64,000 nt of DNA from the NCBI RefSeq assembly GCF_030265065.1, contig NC_080410.1, positions 29,890,661-29,954,660 of the forward strand, read 5' to 3'. How positions within the stretch are numbered: position 1 is the stretch's first letter; every line of letters begins with the position of its first letter. The position numbers and the translations under genes were made by a program. The notes beneath the pieces are model-generated. The model had not been told where the DNA came from. It was given only the letters and a program-made list of their open reading frames with translations, and did no database searches. This DNA is from Corythoichthys intestinalis. Lineage: Eukaryota. Shown piece by piece: positions 39,830 to 51,297 of this stretch.

Positions 39830-40911
39830 CATCGGCTCCAGGTGCGACACACGCGCATGCACAGGCACAACTCTCGCTGGCTGAGGAAAGTGAAGACGCG
39901 CAGCCACACATCGCGCGGCATGACGTGAGCGCGGCCTGAGTCCAGCGGAAGGCAGCTGGGTTCGGGGCAGGCAGGTGGCGGCCTCACCAGGTGGCGCTCC
40001 ATCTGGACGGGACGGGGTGGCGACGGCACGGCTGGAGGGCTACGCTTCATTACGTGCGAGCGCCCTGCCGCGCCGAGGCGAGACGACTGCGAGCACGGTG
40101 ACGCCGCGGTCACCGATACTAGCGGGCCGCCGCCTCGCCCGCCGTTGGGGGTGGGGATAGAGGTGGAGCAGTTCCTTGGACGACTTTTGTTGCCTTTGGC
40201 CACGCCCGCTCCCACCCCGCCGTGTCTGTGATTGGTCGGCGGACCACTGGCGTTCTCCTTTTCACCCCGCGTGCGGCCGTTGCGAGCCTCCTGCCCGTTG
40301 TTGCGCTGCGAGGACGGAGCCATCTGATTGGATGAGAGAGGCGACGGCGGCGGGAGGGAGGAGATTTTCCCCAGTCTGTCCGAAGGGGGCGGCTCGTCCT
40401 GGTCGGCGTCCGATGCGCCAGCTTTCCTCCCACGCTGCACCAGGGATCCTCCAGCGTCACTGTCCCCTCGCCGACGGGCCTTATCCCGTTCCTCCTCCCG
40501 CTCCTCGTCCTCACCTTCCGACTCTTCACTTGCGCTGAAGCCCAACTCCGCCAGGCGGCGGTCCCGCTCGCTGCGGAACCTCTCCGGGCGGCTTCCATTG
40601 CCGTGGGCGATGGGAGGGGGTGGCGGCGGCGAAGAGGGCGAGGACGCCCCTCCCCTGCGAAGGGAGTCATCCGAGTCGGACTCAGAGTCTGACTCCGAGC
40701 TGGATGACGAGGACGAAGACGAGTCAGGCCTGCGTTCCAGGAGACACATCCTCTTGAAGCGTTCCAGTTTTTCCCGATGACGTGAACGCTGGTCGGCGCC
40801 AGAAGCTCCGCCACCATCGGCTGGCGGCGTTGACGAGGACGCGGAGCCCTGAGGAGCCCCTCCCGCCGAGGGAATGGGGCCATTGGACTCGGCTCCTTCT
40901 TGTTTGGGCTT
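39830..40911 (-). CDS. kdm2b: kdm2b-like large exon: Ser/acidic/Pro-rich linker plus F-box (…[30 protein letters not shown])
   Basis: Acceptor ttttttag. 1082-nt open frame. F-box matches KDM2[32 protein letters not shown]. Donor TG|gtcagtcac. Confidence 0.85.
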
Positions 40912-40978
40912 CTAAAAAATGACAGCCAGAGGCCCCGTCAGAACCGCAACGGAACAACGACGAAAATATTTCGGGTAC

Positions 40979-41011
40979 CTTTTTGAGGCGTCTTTCATGT
41001 GCAGCCTTCAT
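40979..41011 (-). CDS. kdm2b: kdm2b-like 33-nt micro-exon (MKAAHERRLKK)
   Basis: Acceptor tttctttcag, donor AAG|gtacccg. In phase with neighbours. Confidence 0.5.
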
Positions 41012-42722
41012 CTGAAAGAAAAAACACACTTTTATTTAAAAGGAGCAGAAGAAGAGACCGCGTGCTTTCAAATAAGAAAACTGATTTTTCATCTTTGAGC
41101 AATGGACCTATCCCAAAGCCCCACTCCCTTGTAAAACTCAAGACAACCCTAGGCCCAAATTCTCTCAGTGACAGTGACTGAGTGAATAAAAAAAATTTAA
41201 AGATGACAGCGAGAGTTCAAATTTCTGAATTTGCACTCTCATAGCTGGCAATATACCTTTTTTTTTTTTTTTTTTAAATGATTTTTTTAAAATTAATTTT
41301 ATTTAGAAGCAGACAAAGGGTTGCAGTATGTTACAGTTATTATACTGTAATTTTCCCACTAGAGGGCGCACCTGACAATAAGCCGCCACCCACCAAATTT
41401 GACAGGAAAACAAAATTTGTTCATAGATAAGCCGCAGCTGTCCTCACTGTATTATGGGATATTTACACCAAAGGATATTAACCGGTAACCCTTTATTTGA
41501 CTGTGGCATCATACGACTGTAATAATACTAAATGAACCACCATGAAGCTTTGAAACGATTGGCTACAAAGCTACAAAGCTACAAAGCTTCATTGCTTCAA
41601 GAAGCTTCATTTGGCCATCACTGCTCCTTTAGGAGACAGTCAACCTTTGCTGCCACTTGGTGTCAACACTGTTGTAGTCCAACATGCGTCCTAGCATGCA
41701 TTGCAGCGCTAAGATGTAAATAACAATCAAAATTCATGTTCTGTGCTAAATATTCCTTCAGTTACTGTTCCAGTTTCATTAATTGCTAGGTATGGTATTT
41801 GGTAACACTTTATTTGACAGTGGCGCCATAAGACTATCATTACACAATCATAATTATGACATGACACTGTCATGAACATTAATGAATGCTTATAACAGAT
41901 GTCACTTTTGAATGGATGTAAAAGATCCTAACTGGAAATAAATGGAGTTAGTGACATAGTTTGCCGGATGACACTCAATGACATCTGGCATAAGTATTCA
42001 GTAACCCCCATAATAATGTCATGTCCTATTTATGACGTCGCTGTCAAATAAAGTGTTACCTATTAACCCAAATAAATTAAAAAATAAGCAACACTGGAGT
42101 ATGAGTCGCAGGATTCAAACTGAAGGAAAAAAGTAGCGACTTATTGTCCCAATATTACGGTAATCGAGGTGAAATGCTACCACTGGCAACTTAAAAACCC
42201 ACAGGCCGAAAATCTATCTAGCTATAACGTTAGCTACTCAGTAACCTTATTAAAATACAGTACTAGTATTTTGTGTAATGTATTTATTTAAAACTGATTT
42301 TAAAACTGTAATGCGTCCATGAAAACATTTGATGTTTTCACCTCAATAACGCGTTATAAATAAGCGCTCCCGTCAGGGGAGAGCATTCACGCGGGGGGGG
42401 ATATTTTTCGGCTCAACACCGGCAGCGTAACCATTGGATGTCACCGCCCTACGACGTCAAACAACAATGGCGCCCTACAAGTTAAATTAATTTTACAAAT
42501 TGTATAAACACAAAAACATCAGGAGGAGTTTCAATCTCAAATTATTTTAACTCATAAACTCATCGTTTATCTTTTAAGAACTAAAAGTCTCTCTGTCCAT
42601 TGATCCCATTTAGTCACGACCACACAGTATTCCTATGCAACTCTACAGCTGGCGTTCGACTTTTGTGATATGGAGGCGTTGTTTTGCGACAGGTCCATTG
42701 AAGAAGTGGTGCACCACCTGAC

Positions 42723-42917
42723 CTTCTTTTTGGGGCCGCCGTCCTGTGGCTGCTCCTTCCTCCTCTTATGGGCACCGTCTGGCCTGGGCGCTACAGCCTC
42801 CTTCTTTGGAGGCGGTTCATCCGTCAGCTTCCAGCAACCCAGCTCCACGTTGTCTAGACGCCGCTTGGCCAAGATGTCTGCCTGCTCCTGCGGTCGCAGA
42901 GGGCAGCAAGTGGAGAA
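42723..42917 (-). CDS. kdm2b: kdm2b-like basic-region exon (FSTCCPLRPQEQADILAKRRLDNVELGCWKLTDEPPPKKEAVAPRPDGAHKRRKEQPQDGGPKKK)
   Basis: Acceptor ttgacag, donor AAG|gtcaggtgg. Phase-0 and consistent with flanking exons. Homology is weaker because the region is low-complexity. Confidence 0.6.
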
Positions 42918-43239
42918 CTGTCAATAATTATTCTTTATATTTATTCTATATACATGATATCTAAGGTCGCGCACTCAATACAGAATGTTACATTGAGAAC
43001 ACAAACGCCCCAAATGGAAAAGGAGATAAATGTATCGTTTTACTAGGCATGTGCCGGTATGCAATTCTGACGGTATGATAACCTTAACCAAAAATATCAC
43101 GGTTTCACGGTATTGCAATTACAGCTCTAAAATGTTTGAGATTTCTGGGTTCCAAAAAAAAAAAAAAAAAAAACTTTTTCCATTGAATAGGATTTTTATT
43201 TTTCAAAACTGTATAACATAATTAGCAAATTGGAATATA

Positions 43240-44869
43240 CAGTGCCTTGCAAAAGTATTCGGCCCCCTTGAACCTTGCAACCTTTCGCCACATTTCAGGC
43301 TTCAAACATAAAGATATCAAATTTTAATTTTTTGTCAAGAATCAACAACAAGTGGGACACAATCGTGAAGTGGAACAACATTTATTGGATAATTTAAACT
43401 TTTTTAACAAATAAAAAACTGAAAAGTGGGGCGTGCAATATTATTCGGCCCCCTTGCGTTAATACTTTGTAGCGCCACCTTTTGCTCCAATTACAGCTGC
43501 AAGTCGCTTAGGGTATGTTTCTATCAGTTTTGCACATCGAGAGACTGACATTCTGGCCCATTCTTCCTTGCAAAACAGCTCGAGCTCAGTGAGGTTGGAT
43601 GGAGAGTGTTTGTGAACAGCAGTCTTCAGCTCTTTCCACAGATTCTCGATTGGATTCAGGTCTGGACTTTGACTTGGCCATTCTAACACCTGGATACGTT
43701 TATTTTTCAACCATTCCATTGTAGATTTGGCTTTATGTTTTGGATCATTGTCCTGTTGGAAGATAAATCTCCGTCCCAGTCTCAGGTCTTGTGCAGATAC
43801 CAACAGGTTTTCTTCCAGAATGTTCCTGTATTTGGCTGCATCCATCTTCCCGTCAATTTTAACCATCTTCCCTGTCCCTGCTGAAGAAAAGCAGGCCCAA
43901 ACCATGATGCTGCCACCACCATGTTTGACAGTGGGGATGGTGTGTTCAGGGTGATGAGCTGTGTTGCTTTTACGCCAAACATATCGTTTTGCATTGTGGC
44001 CAAAAAGTTCAATTTTGGTTTCATCTGACCAGAGCACCTTCTTCCACATGTTTGGTGTGTCTCCCAGGTGGCTTGTGGCAAACTTTAAACGAGACTTTTT
44101 ATGGATATCTTTGAGAAATGGCTTTCTTCTTGCCACTCTTCCATAAAGGCCAGATTTGTGCAGTGTATGACTGATTGTTGTCCTATGGACAGACTCTCCC
44201 ACCTCAGCTGTAGATCTCTGCAGTTCATCCAGAGTGATCATGGGCCTCTTGGCTGCATCTCTGATCAGTTTTCTCCTTGTTTGAGAAGAAAGTTTGGAAG
44301 GACGGCCGGGTCTTGGTAGATTTGCAGTGGTCTGATGCTCCTTCCATTTCAATATGATGGCTTGCACAGTTCTCCTTGAGATGTTTAAAGCTTGGGAAAA
44401 CTTTTTCTATCCAAATCCGGCTTTAAACTTCTCCACAACAGTATCTCGGACCTGCCTGGTGTGTTCCTTGGTTTTCATAATGCTCTCTGCACTTTAAACA
44501 GAACCCTGAGACTATCACAGAGCAGGTGCATTTATACGGAGACTTGATTACACACAGATGAATTCTTTTTATCATCATCGGTCATTTAGGACAACATTGG
44601 ATCATTCAGAGATCCTCACTGAACTTCTGGAGTGAGTTTGCTGCACTGAAAGTAAAGGGGCCGAATAATATTGCACGCCCCACTTTTCAGTTTTTTATTT
44701 GTTAAAAAAGTTTAAATTATCCAATAAATGTTGTTCCACTTCACGATTGTGTCCCACTTGTTGTTGATTCTTGACAAAAAAATTAAATTTCATATCTTTA
44801 TGTTTGAAGCCTGAAATGTGGCGAAAGGTTGCAAGATTCAAGGGGGCCGAATACTTTTGCAAGGCACTG
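43240..44869 (-). mobile_element. Tc1-like DNA transposon (1630 bp, TA TSD, ~200-bp TIRs CAGTGCCTTGCAAAAGTATTCGGCCCCC...)
   Basis: Inverted ends at 43240-43450 and 44650-44869. Internal 302-aa transposase ORF at 43459-44367 carries D,D,E motifs (DNDPKH, SPDLNPIEN). Confidence 0.9.
43459..44367 (-). pseudogene. Tc1 transposase ORF, nearly intact. The N-terminal HTH segment (MKTKEHTRQVRDTVVEKFKAGFG*KK...) lies upstream but is separated by a single in-frame TAG.
   Basis: The six-frame ORF begins MQAIILKW.... Reverse-strand translation upstream recovers the conserved Tc1 N-terminus with one stop. Confidence 0.65.
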
Positions 44870-46510
44870 TACGCATAAAGGTAAATAAATAAAAAATAAT
44901 AAAAATAAATGAAATATTCTAAATAAAATAAAATTGCCATGATAATTAGCCCCTTTATTAAATAAATAAAAAAATAACAAAAAATAAATGAAATATTCTA
45001 AATAGAACTAAATTGGCATGCTAATTAGCCCCTTTATATACCTCGTTAACAAGCTTACGTTTCAGTATGTTTTACCAATGCTAGACACACTACAGATGCT
45101 GGAGTAAATGCTCGTAGCTAGTAGGAAACGTTCATGACAGCGTTACTAATTTTGTATAAATGCGAAATCATATTGGGAGATATTGCCTTCTCTGTTAGCC
45201 ACCCCGTGCAAACATGTTTTACATGTTGGTTGGCCCACCTAAGCCGCGGCCTTAAAGAGAATTATAATACTAAGGGGCTGTGTGATATCAATGGAACAGT
45301 TATGTGGCAAGATAATAAAGTTAAAAAAAAAATAAATCACACTCATGACCAATTATCGAAAATAAATAGAAAATTACGAACATTTACGAATGTAGCCCGG
45401 AAACAGCCAAATGGGGCTATGACGTCACAGCCAGGAAGCAAAAGGTCGAGGCAGATGCCATTGTTGTTTATCGACGAGAGAGTTGCGTTCGTTTTTTATC
45501 AAAAAAATCGCTAAAATGGTTCCAACCTGTCGTGCTATGTGGTGTACAAATAGCAATTTGTCGCAATGTAGAACCCATGAGTTCCCGAATGCGAGAAAAA
45601 GAGCTGGACTAAGCAGACAAAAGGTAAAGTTCGTCCGTGCTAAGAGGGCCAATTTTGCAGACCCAGCCTCCGGCACGGTTTTGTGTGGTGTAAATTTTAC
45701 ACCTGAAAGCTTTTCGAACTATGGACAAATTAAATCAGGTTTTGCTAAGAAATTGCTGCTGAAAGCAGATGCGGTGCCCACCATACACGCGCAGCCACCT
45801 AAATGTTCTGAGATATCAAGAAAGAGGACGATGACTGGCACTGATGATACCACCCCAGGCAAAGCAAATGAGTTGAGCAGCCAAGCTCGAAATGGCCAGA
45901 GTGAGTACTCTTTTATAATAAAAAACATATCATGCATTGGCTATAGGACTGGACACATGTATAAATTATCGCTCGTAAAATATATACAACAAATCCTTTA
46001 ATCCCATTCATATTTGTGTCTGTTGGCAGAGCGAAAACCTATGATAGCACAATAAATGATAATTATTCTATATATTACTTTATTTTGCGGTCACGGTGTA
46101 TCAGCTTCACAAAAAGAAATGCAAAACAAACCATTCGGTGTTTCCCACACGATCTGTTGCCGGTGTTTCATCAGTGTGATTGCTCCCCTCAATGATCCTT
46201 TCATTAGGCTGCATTGGCTTTCGTTTGGGCTCAAATTGATAACCCAAAACACCAAAGAAAGGTTCATAACTTTCCTTGTCACTATTAGAAGAACGTTCAT
46301 TACGTCGGATTCGTCGCTGCAAATAGAAACAAAATTGTCCGCCATCATCGCTGCCATTCAGTACTTTGTCAGGACCCAAGCACTGAGCGGGTGTTTCCTA
46401 GTTGTGACGTCACGCACACAATATGCTAGATTTCGGGGATCTCGGGCACCGGTCGTTTTAGCTTGACAATCGATCCAAATTTCTACCATTTTCTTGGTGT
46501 GTGTAATTAC

Positions 46511-48305
46511 TAGCAGTGCAACGGTTTGCGGTTCAAAACCGAACCGTACGGTTCGCCCTGTACGGTTCAATACGCCTTTATGAACCGCGCCTTTTTGGTT
46601 TTACAATTACAGTAATCTATTCTGAACGCTTGTGAAATGAATTGGTCAAACTCTGTGTGCCTGTGTGTGACGTGAAGCGCAGCTGTGGAGAAATTCCCGC
46701 CCCGCGAGTAAATGTCCAATCGCTGTCAAGCACCTGTGTAATAGGAGCCGAGTAACGACCTCTCTCGCTTACGAGCGAGGTGAAAGTGAAACAAGAAAGA
46801 AAACAAAAAAAGTTATGGCGAGCGGAGGAGTCGACAGACCGATTTCTGAGGAGGCACCGGCTTCTTTCAAATCTGCGGTGTGGCAACATTTCAGTTTCCC
46901 CGTGGACTACAATGCAGACGGAGAGAAAACATTGAAAGAAAAAAAACAATTTGCAAGCATTGCTTAGCGCTTGTTCCCTATGCTAACGGCAACACTTCTA
47001 ACATGACTTGGGCACCTCAGCCGGCATCACCCACAGACATCGCTTTCTCAGAGCAGGACAACCCCGAAGATGACACCAGTGAAAACACACGGGTCTATAG
47101 AAGAGGCGTTCGAAAAGCCTTACAATATCAGGTCAGAAAAACACAAGAAAATAACCCACGCAGTGGGAATGTGCATTGCAAAAGACATGCAACCATATTC
47201 CGTGGTTGAAGATGCGGGCTTAGTTAATTTGATTGTAACGCTTGACCCGCGTTATATTGTTCCCTCGCGGATATATTTCGCCAACAACATAATCCCCGAC
47301 ATTTATGAAATGTCACGCAAAGCCATCGAAGGTGATTTCGCGAAAGCACATAGTTTCGCCCTGACCGCTGATAGTTGGACGTCCCGTGCTAGAGAGTGCT
47401 ACTACCTAACTGTGACGATCCACTATAATTCATACCTGTCAAGTTGTAAGGTCTCGGCGTTATTTGTACAAGTGAGCACTGATTTTTAAATGTGTACGCC
47501 GCAGGTTACGTTCAAAATCTGCACGTTTTTCGTGCATTGGCGTTTTTGTTGGGTTTTTTTTCATCCGTTTGGATTTGGTCACGCGTTTGGTTTGTAGCAA
47601 ACGCGATGCTAGGCGGCTCCAATATTTCCTGACTGTGGCCGACATCATACAATCTACGCCTAGATATCTCATGCATATAGAACTACATGCGAAATGACAC
47701 ACGGTAGCGTTAGTAAACAGCCGCCATTTTAGAGCAGTAAACTTCTCAGAAAGGCTCTGTTGTAGTGAACCTTCCGAGCGAACCTAAGCAACTTTTTATC
47801 TAAAATACTCCTAAATCGACAAAATCTTGACTTGAGTCTATCTTTAAAGGATGAAACAGTTTTGAAATTTTCACATTCGAAAGTAGACAGAAGGGAACTA
47901 AGGCAAAAACGGGAGCAATTTTATCAACTTTAACCGTTGATTCACAACATTAAATGACCTCCAAACATAGCAAAGGTTACTATGTTTTTGGGTTTGTTTG
48001 TTTTTTTTTAATGAAAAAAAAAAGAAAGGTATCACCAGTTACTTTGCCAAGTAACTTTTTTACTACTGTGTATTTCAGTAGTCAGTCACTACACTTGCCA
48101 AAGAGCTAAGAGGCATTTTAACAGTCGAAAATGTTTACATTTTAAGTGTTTATTTCATTTTTTTTAAAAGCAAAATAAAGGCAGTTTAAAAAAAAAAAAA
48201 GAAGAAAAGCAAAACGCAAAACGCAAACCGAACCCGAACCGAAACCGTGATCCCAAAACCGAGGTTCAAACCGAACCGTGGGCTAACTGAACCGTTGCAC
48301 CCCTA
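46511..48305. mobile_element. hAT element (TIR TAGCAGTGCAACGG...CCGTTGCACCCCTA) with 8-bp TSD GTAATTAC, nested in THAP-element copy 1
   Basis: TSD at 46503-46510 and 48306-48313. Copy 2 retains the unoccupied site gtgtGTAATTACacg at 52521-52532. Confidence 0.8.
46800..47490 (+). pseudogene. Decayed BED-zinc-finger / hAT transposase N-terminal region (SAVWQHF...CKHC...; ...DAGLVNLIVTLDPRYIVPSR...TADSWTSRA)
   Basis: BED-finger and hAT motifs split across two frames (ORFs 46880-47209 and 47070-47489) with a stop between them. Confidence 0.6.
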
Positions 48306-50300
48306 GTAATTACACAAAGTGGCATGATATGAATCCAAAAGGCATGCGTTTATGGATAAATGATGGAATATTAGCATTTCCCCAGGTGTTGTCATACCCT
48401 TTAACTTTCCTGTACCCAAAGTATTCCCATACCAGTGACTTCGTTTTCTTCGATGGGGGTAAAAGTTCAGGGGTTTCATGTCCTCCAGCCAACGTGCAGC
48501 ACAGCTGTCTCACTGACACTGAGCAACAACTTGAGGGGGGAGCCCTACATTTTTGGGACATAAAATACAGTCATACGTAGGGACGGTATGACTGAAAGTT
48601 TTAGCGGTTTTGAAACCTTGACGTTTTCATACCACGGTAGACCTTGAAACAAGTAACCGACACATGCCTACGTTTTACACCCTGAATCGACACAAAAACA
48701 GACCACAGGAGTGGAATCAGCCTAAAAGTAACACTTTCAAAAATTACTAAAACATGACTAAGGATAAAAAGTATTTAACTAAATCTCAACGGCCTGCCAA
48801 AAACAACACCAAATGTAACAGGACTTATTTTCTTTATTTAACATGAAAAATATACGCATCGTGAGCAGCTGCAGAGGCGGATGTCCTTTTTTTAACCAAC
48901 TCTAAAAAAATCCTCAACAAAAAGAGTTACTGAATATGACAGTGTTTGAAATTATATTTACTGCTGTTTTGTTTTGCTCTCCTATGGTATGCCTCCTTAT
49001 GAAGTCAAAAAAGTAATTAAATTTGAATTTATTGGAACTTCTTATTAGCAGTCGGTCGGCAGAGGAAATGAGAGTCGATGCGCTTTTCTATTTTTGAGTT
49101 GATCTCCTCTCTAAGAAATGCTGAATAAAATACAATGATGCCACTCATTCTTCATTTACTAGTCAGCAGCCACCCCAACACACACACTTAAAGCACCTTC
49201 CCCCCCGCTCTTGCAGATATTCCAAAACGACTACTTCACCGTTGACTTAACTCGAGTCAAAATTCCAAAACAGCTATTAGAGAGCACTCCATGATCAAAA
49301 CAGCTCCAATATAATGTGATTAGACATGTGCCGACTACCGGTTTCAAAGTATACCGTGGTATTAAAAAACGTCGCGGTTTCAAAAGAGCAAAAATTTTCC
49401 ATCATACTGCCCCTACAGGATTAGCTATTTTTTTATGTCCCAAAAATGCAGGGAGAAATCCCTCGCTTGCAGCTGCAAAGCTCAAACCTCCCCCACCTGT
49501 TGTTGCTCAGTGTCAATAAATCAGCTGTGCTACACGATGGCTGGAGGAGGTGAAACTCCTGAACTTTTTCTCCCCATCGAAGAAATCGTTTGGTTTGGTA
49601 AATACTTCGGCTACAGAAAAATTACAGACGGCCGCGGCTTGGAGGAGGAGGGCAAACCGACATGTACAACATGTTTGTGGAGGTTGGCTGCTGAGGAAGC
49701 AATCCATCCAATATTTACACAAAATTTACACAAAATGAAAGGCAAGTAAACATTATCATGAACGTTTCCCACCACCTACAAGAGTTAACTCCAGTGTGTT
49801 TAGTGTGTCTAGCGGTGGCAAAATGCGTTTCTCTCTGGCAACTGTGTTGAGAAAGAGTGTGTGTATCATGAAACATGATACGAGTCATACACATGTGCTT
49901 TTTATGGACAATAACTCAATTATTTTTGTTCTGATGTTAATAATGTGAGCCGTGGCTGTGGGTTTACACTCACTTAAAGCACTACATTTATTGTAATTTT
50001 ATTTAGAATATTTCAGTTATTTTTTACATTTATTTTAACATTATACTTATATTCCAAATTGCTAATATCGTTTGAAAAATAAAAATCCTGTTCAATGGAA
50101 ATAAGTTTTTTTAACCCAGATATCTCAAAGTAACACATTTTAGAGCTACCATAAGAGCTTGCGATACCGTGATACTGTGAAAGTTTTGCTTAAGGTTCAC
50201 ATACCGTCAGAATCTCACACCGGCACATGCCTAAATGTAATGATTATGGATTGAATGGATTTCTACACCGCTTTTATCTCTAAAATTCAGCAGGACTCAC

Positions 50301-50387
50301 CTTGCTGGTTTTTCCTTCCTTGTGACACTTGGGACACTCCCAGCAGTTGGGAATCTCGTCGTTGATGATGCCCTCCGCTTTGCCCAT
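50301..50387 (-). CDS. kdm2b: kdm2b-like exon ([29 protein letters not shown])
   Basis: Acceptor tctcgtag, donor AAG|gtgagtcc. Matches KDM2B ...[18 protein letters not shown]. Confidence 0.85.
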
Positions 50388-50468
50388 CTACGAGACAGCA
50401 CAAAAAAAATAGTACATGAAAACTATATGTACTTGACAGCTAGCCACCATGAAGGTAGAGGTCCCCAC

Positions 50469-50612
50469 CTTGAGGCAGCGCGGGTGTATGATTTCGTTGC
50501 AGATGGTGCACTCCATCAGGCTCAGGCTGAACTTGTCCTCCTCGCCTTCCACAGTGTCCTCCTTTCCCGCCTCGCCGCACGCCAGGCACACCGCCGTGTG
50601 CGGCAGCACCGG
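50469..50612 (-). CDS. kdm2b: kdm2b-like PHD-finger exon ([48 protein letters not shown])
   Basis: Acceptor tgtgcag, donor AAG|gtgggg. Matches the KDM2B PHD region. Confidence 0.9.
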
Positions 50613-51078
50613 CTGCACACAGATGTCACAAGTCACAACACGACCCATGCCTAATTAGCTACAGCATACCACCATTTACAGTGTTCCACTGTTTTGATAC
50701 CCCCACGTCCATGTTTTTAAAACAAAATTTAATGGAAAAAAATAACACATTTGGACAGTCCTTTTCCTCTTTGGCCCAGAAGACACGAAAAAAAAATTCA
50801 AACATGGACTCATCAGACCACATTGCGCCCGCACTACATCAGCACAAGACATGGCATCCTCTCCATTGGCCTGAGATTATTTTTGTATGTTTTCATATCA
50901 GTTCTCAGCCTTAATTCATCAATTAATCGATCAGTTGCCCAAGATCCATGCACAGTGCATGTCTGTTTCTGGTTAACTGGTAATGCCAGTTGCCATGGAA
51001 ACACAGCATCGTTGCCTGCTGGCCTACAGCTTGCCTTGGATGCTATTTGAAGAATCCGTGTGTGGCTTTTGGTCTTAC

Positions 51079-51255
51079 CGCTGTGCACTGCCTGAGCAGG
51101 CAGGACTGCTTCATGCGCCCGGGCCCTCCGAACTTCTTCATATCCTTGCAGAAGTGACACTCGCCGCACTCGCTACGGGTGCACGCCTGGCAGCGGCGGC
51201 ACCGCGTCCTCCTGCGCCTCGCCCCCCCGCCCAGCGCCTTACTGCCCGACATCCC
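51079..51255 (-). CDS. kdm2b: kdm2b-like CxxC zinc-finger exon ([59 protein letters not shown]); in-frame ATG at 51250-51252
   Basis: Near-identity with the KDM2B CxxC domain. Acceptor cgttag, donor GCG|gtaagacc. Confidence 0.85.
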
Positions 51256-51297
51256 CTAACGAGTCAGCTGCAAAAACAACAAGAACAACAACATTAA

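Larger units (their letters stand above)
45256..48400 (+). mobile_element. TTAA-flanked TIR element carrying a THAP-domain ORF, copy 1 (contains nested hAT 46511-48305)
   Basis: TTAA at both ends (45252-45255, 48401-48404). Terminal inverted repeat AGGGTATTATAATAC.../...GTATTACAACACCCT. THAP ORF 45483-46001 with AVPTIH box. About 90% identical to copy 2. Confidence 0.7.

Noticed and set aside
40119-40883. 254-aa minus-strand ORF ([11 protein letters not shown]...) and plus-strand ORFs 40176-40780 overlapping the kdm2b exon
   Set aside because: These are alternative frames of the same GC-rich exon. Only the frame containing the F-box, continuous with neighbouring exons, has homology.
42350-42480. 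Possible tRNA or other structured RNA near GGGGGGGATATTTTTCGGCTC
   Set aside because: No convincing cloverleaf (acceptor stem or T-loop GTTCRA) could be assembled by eye.
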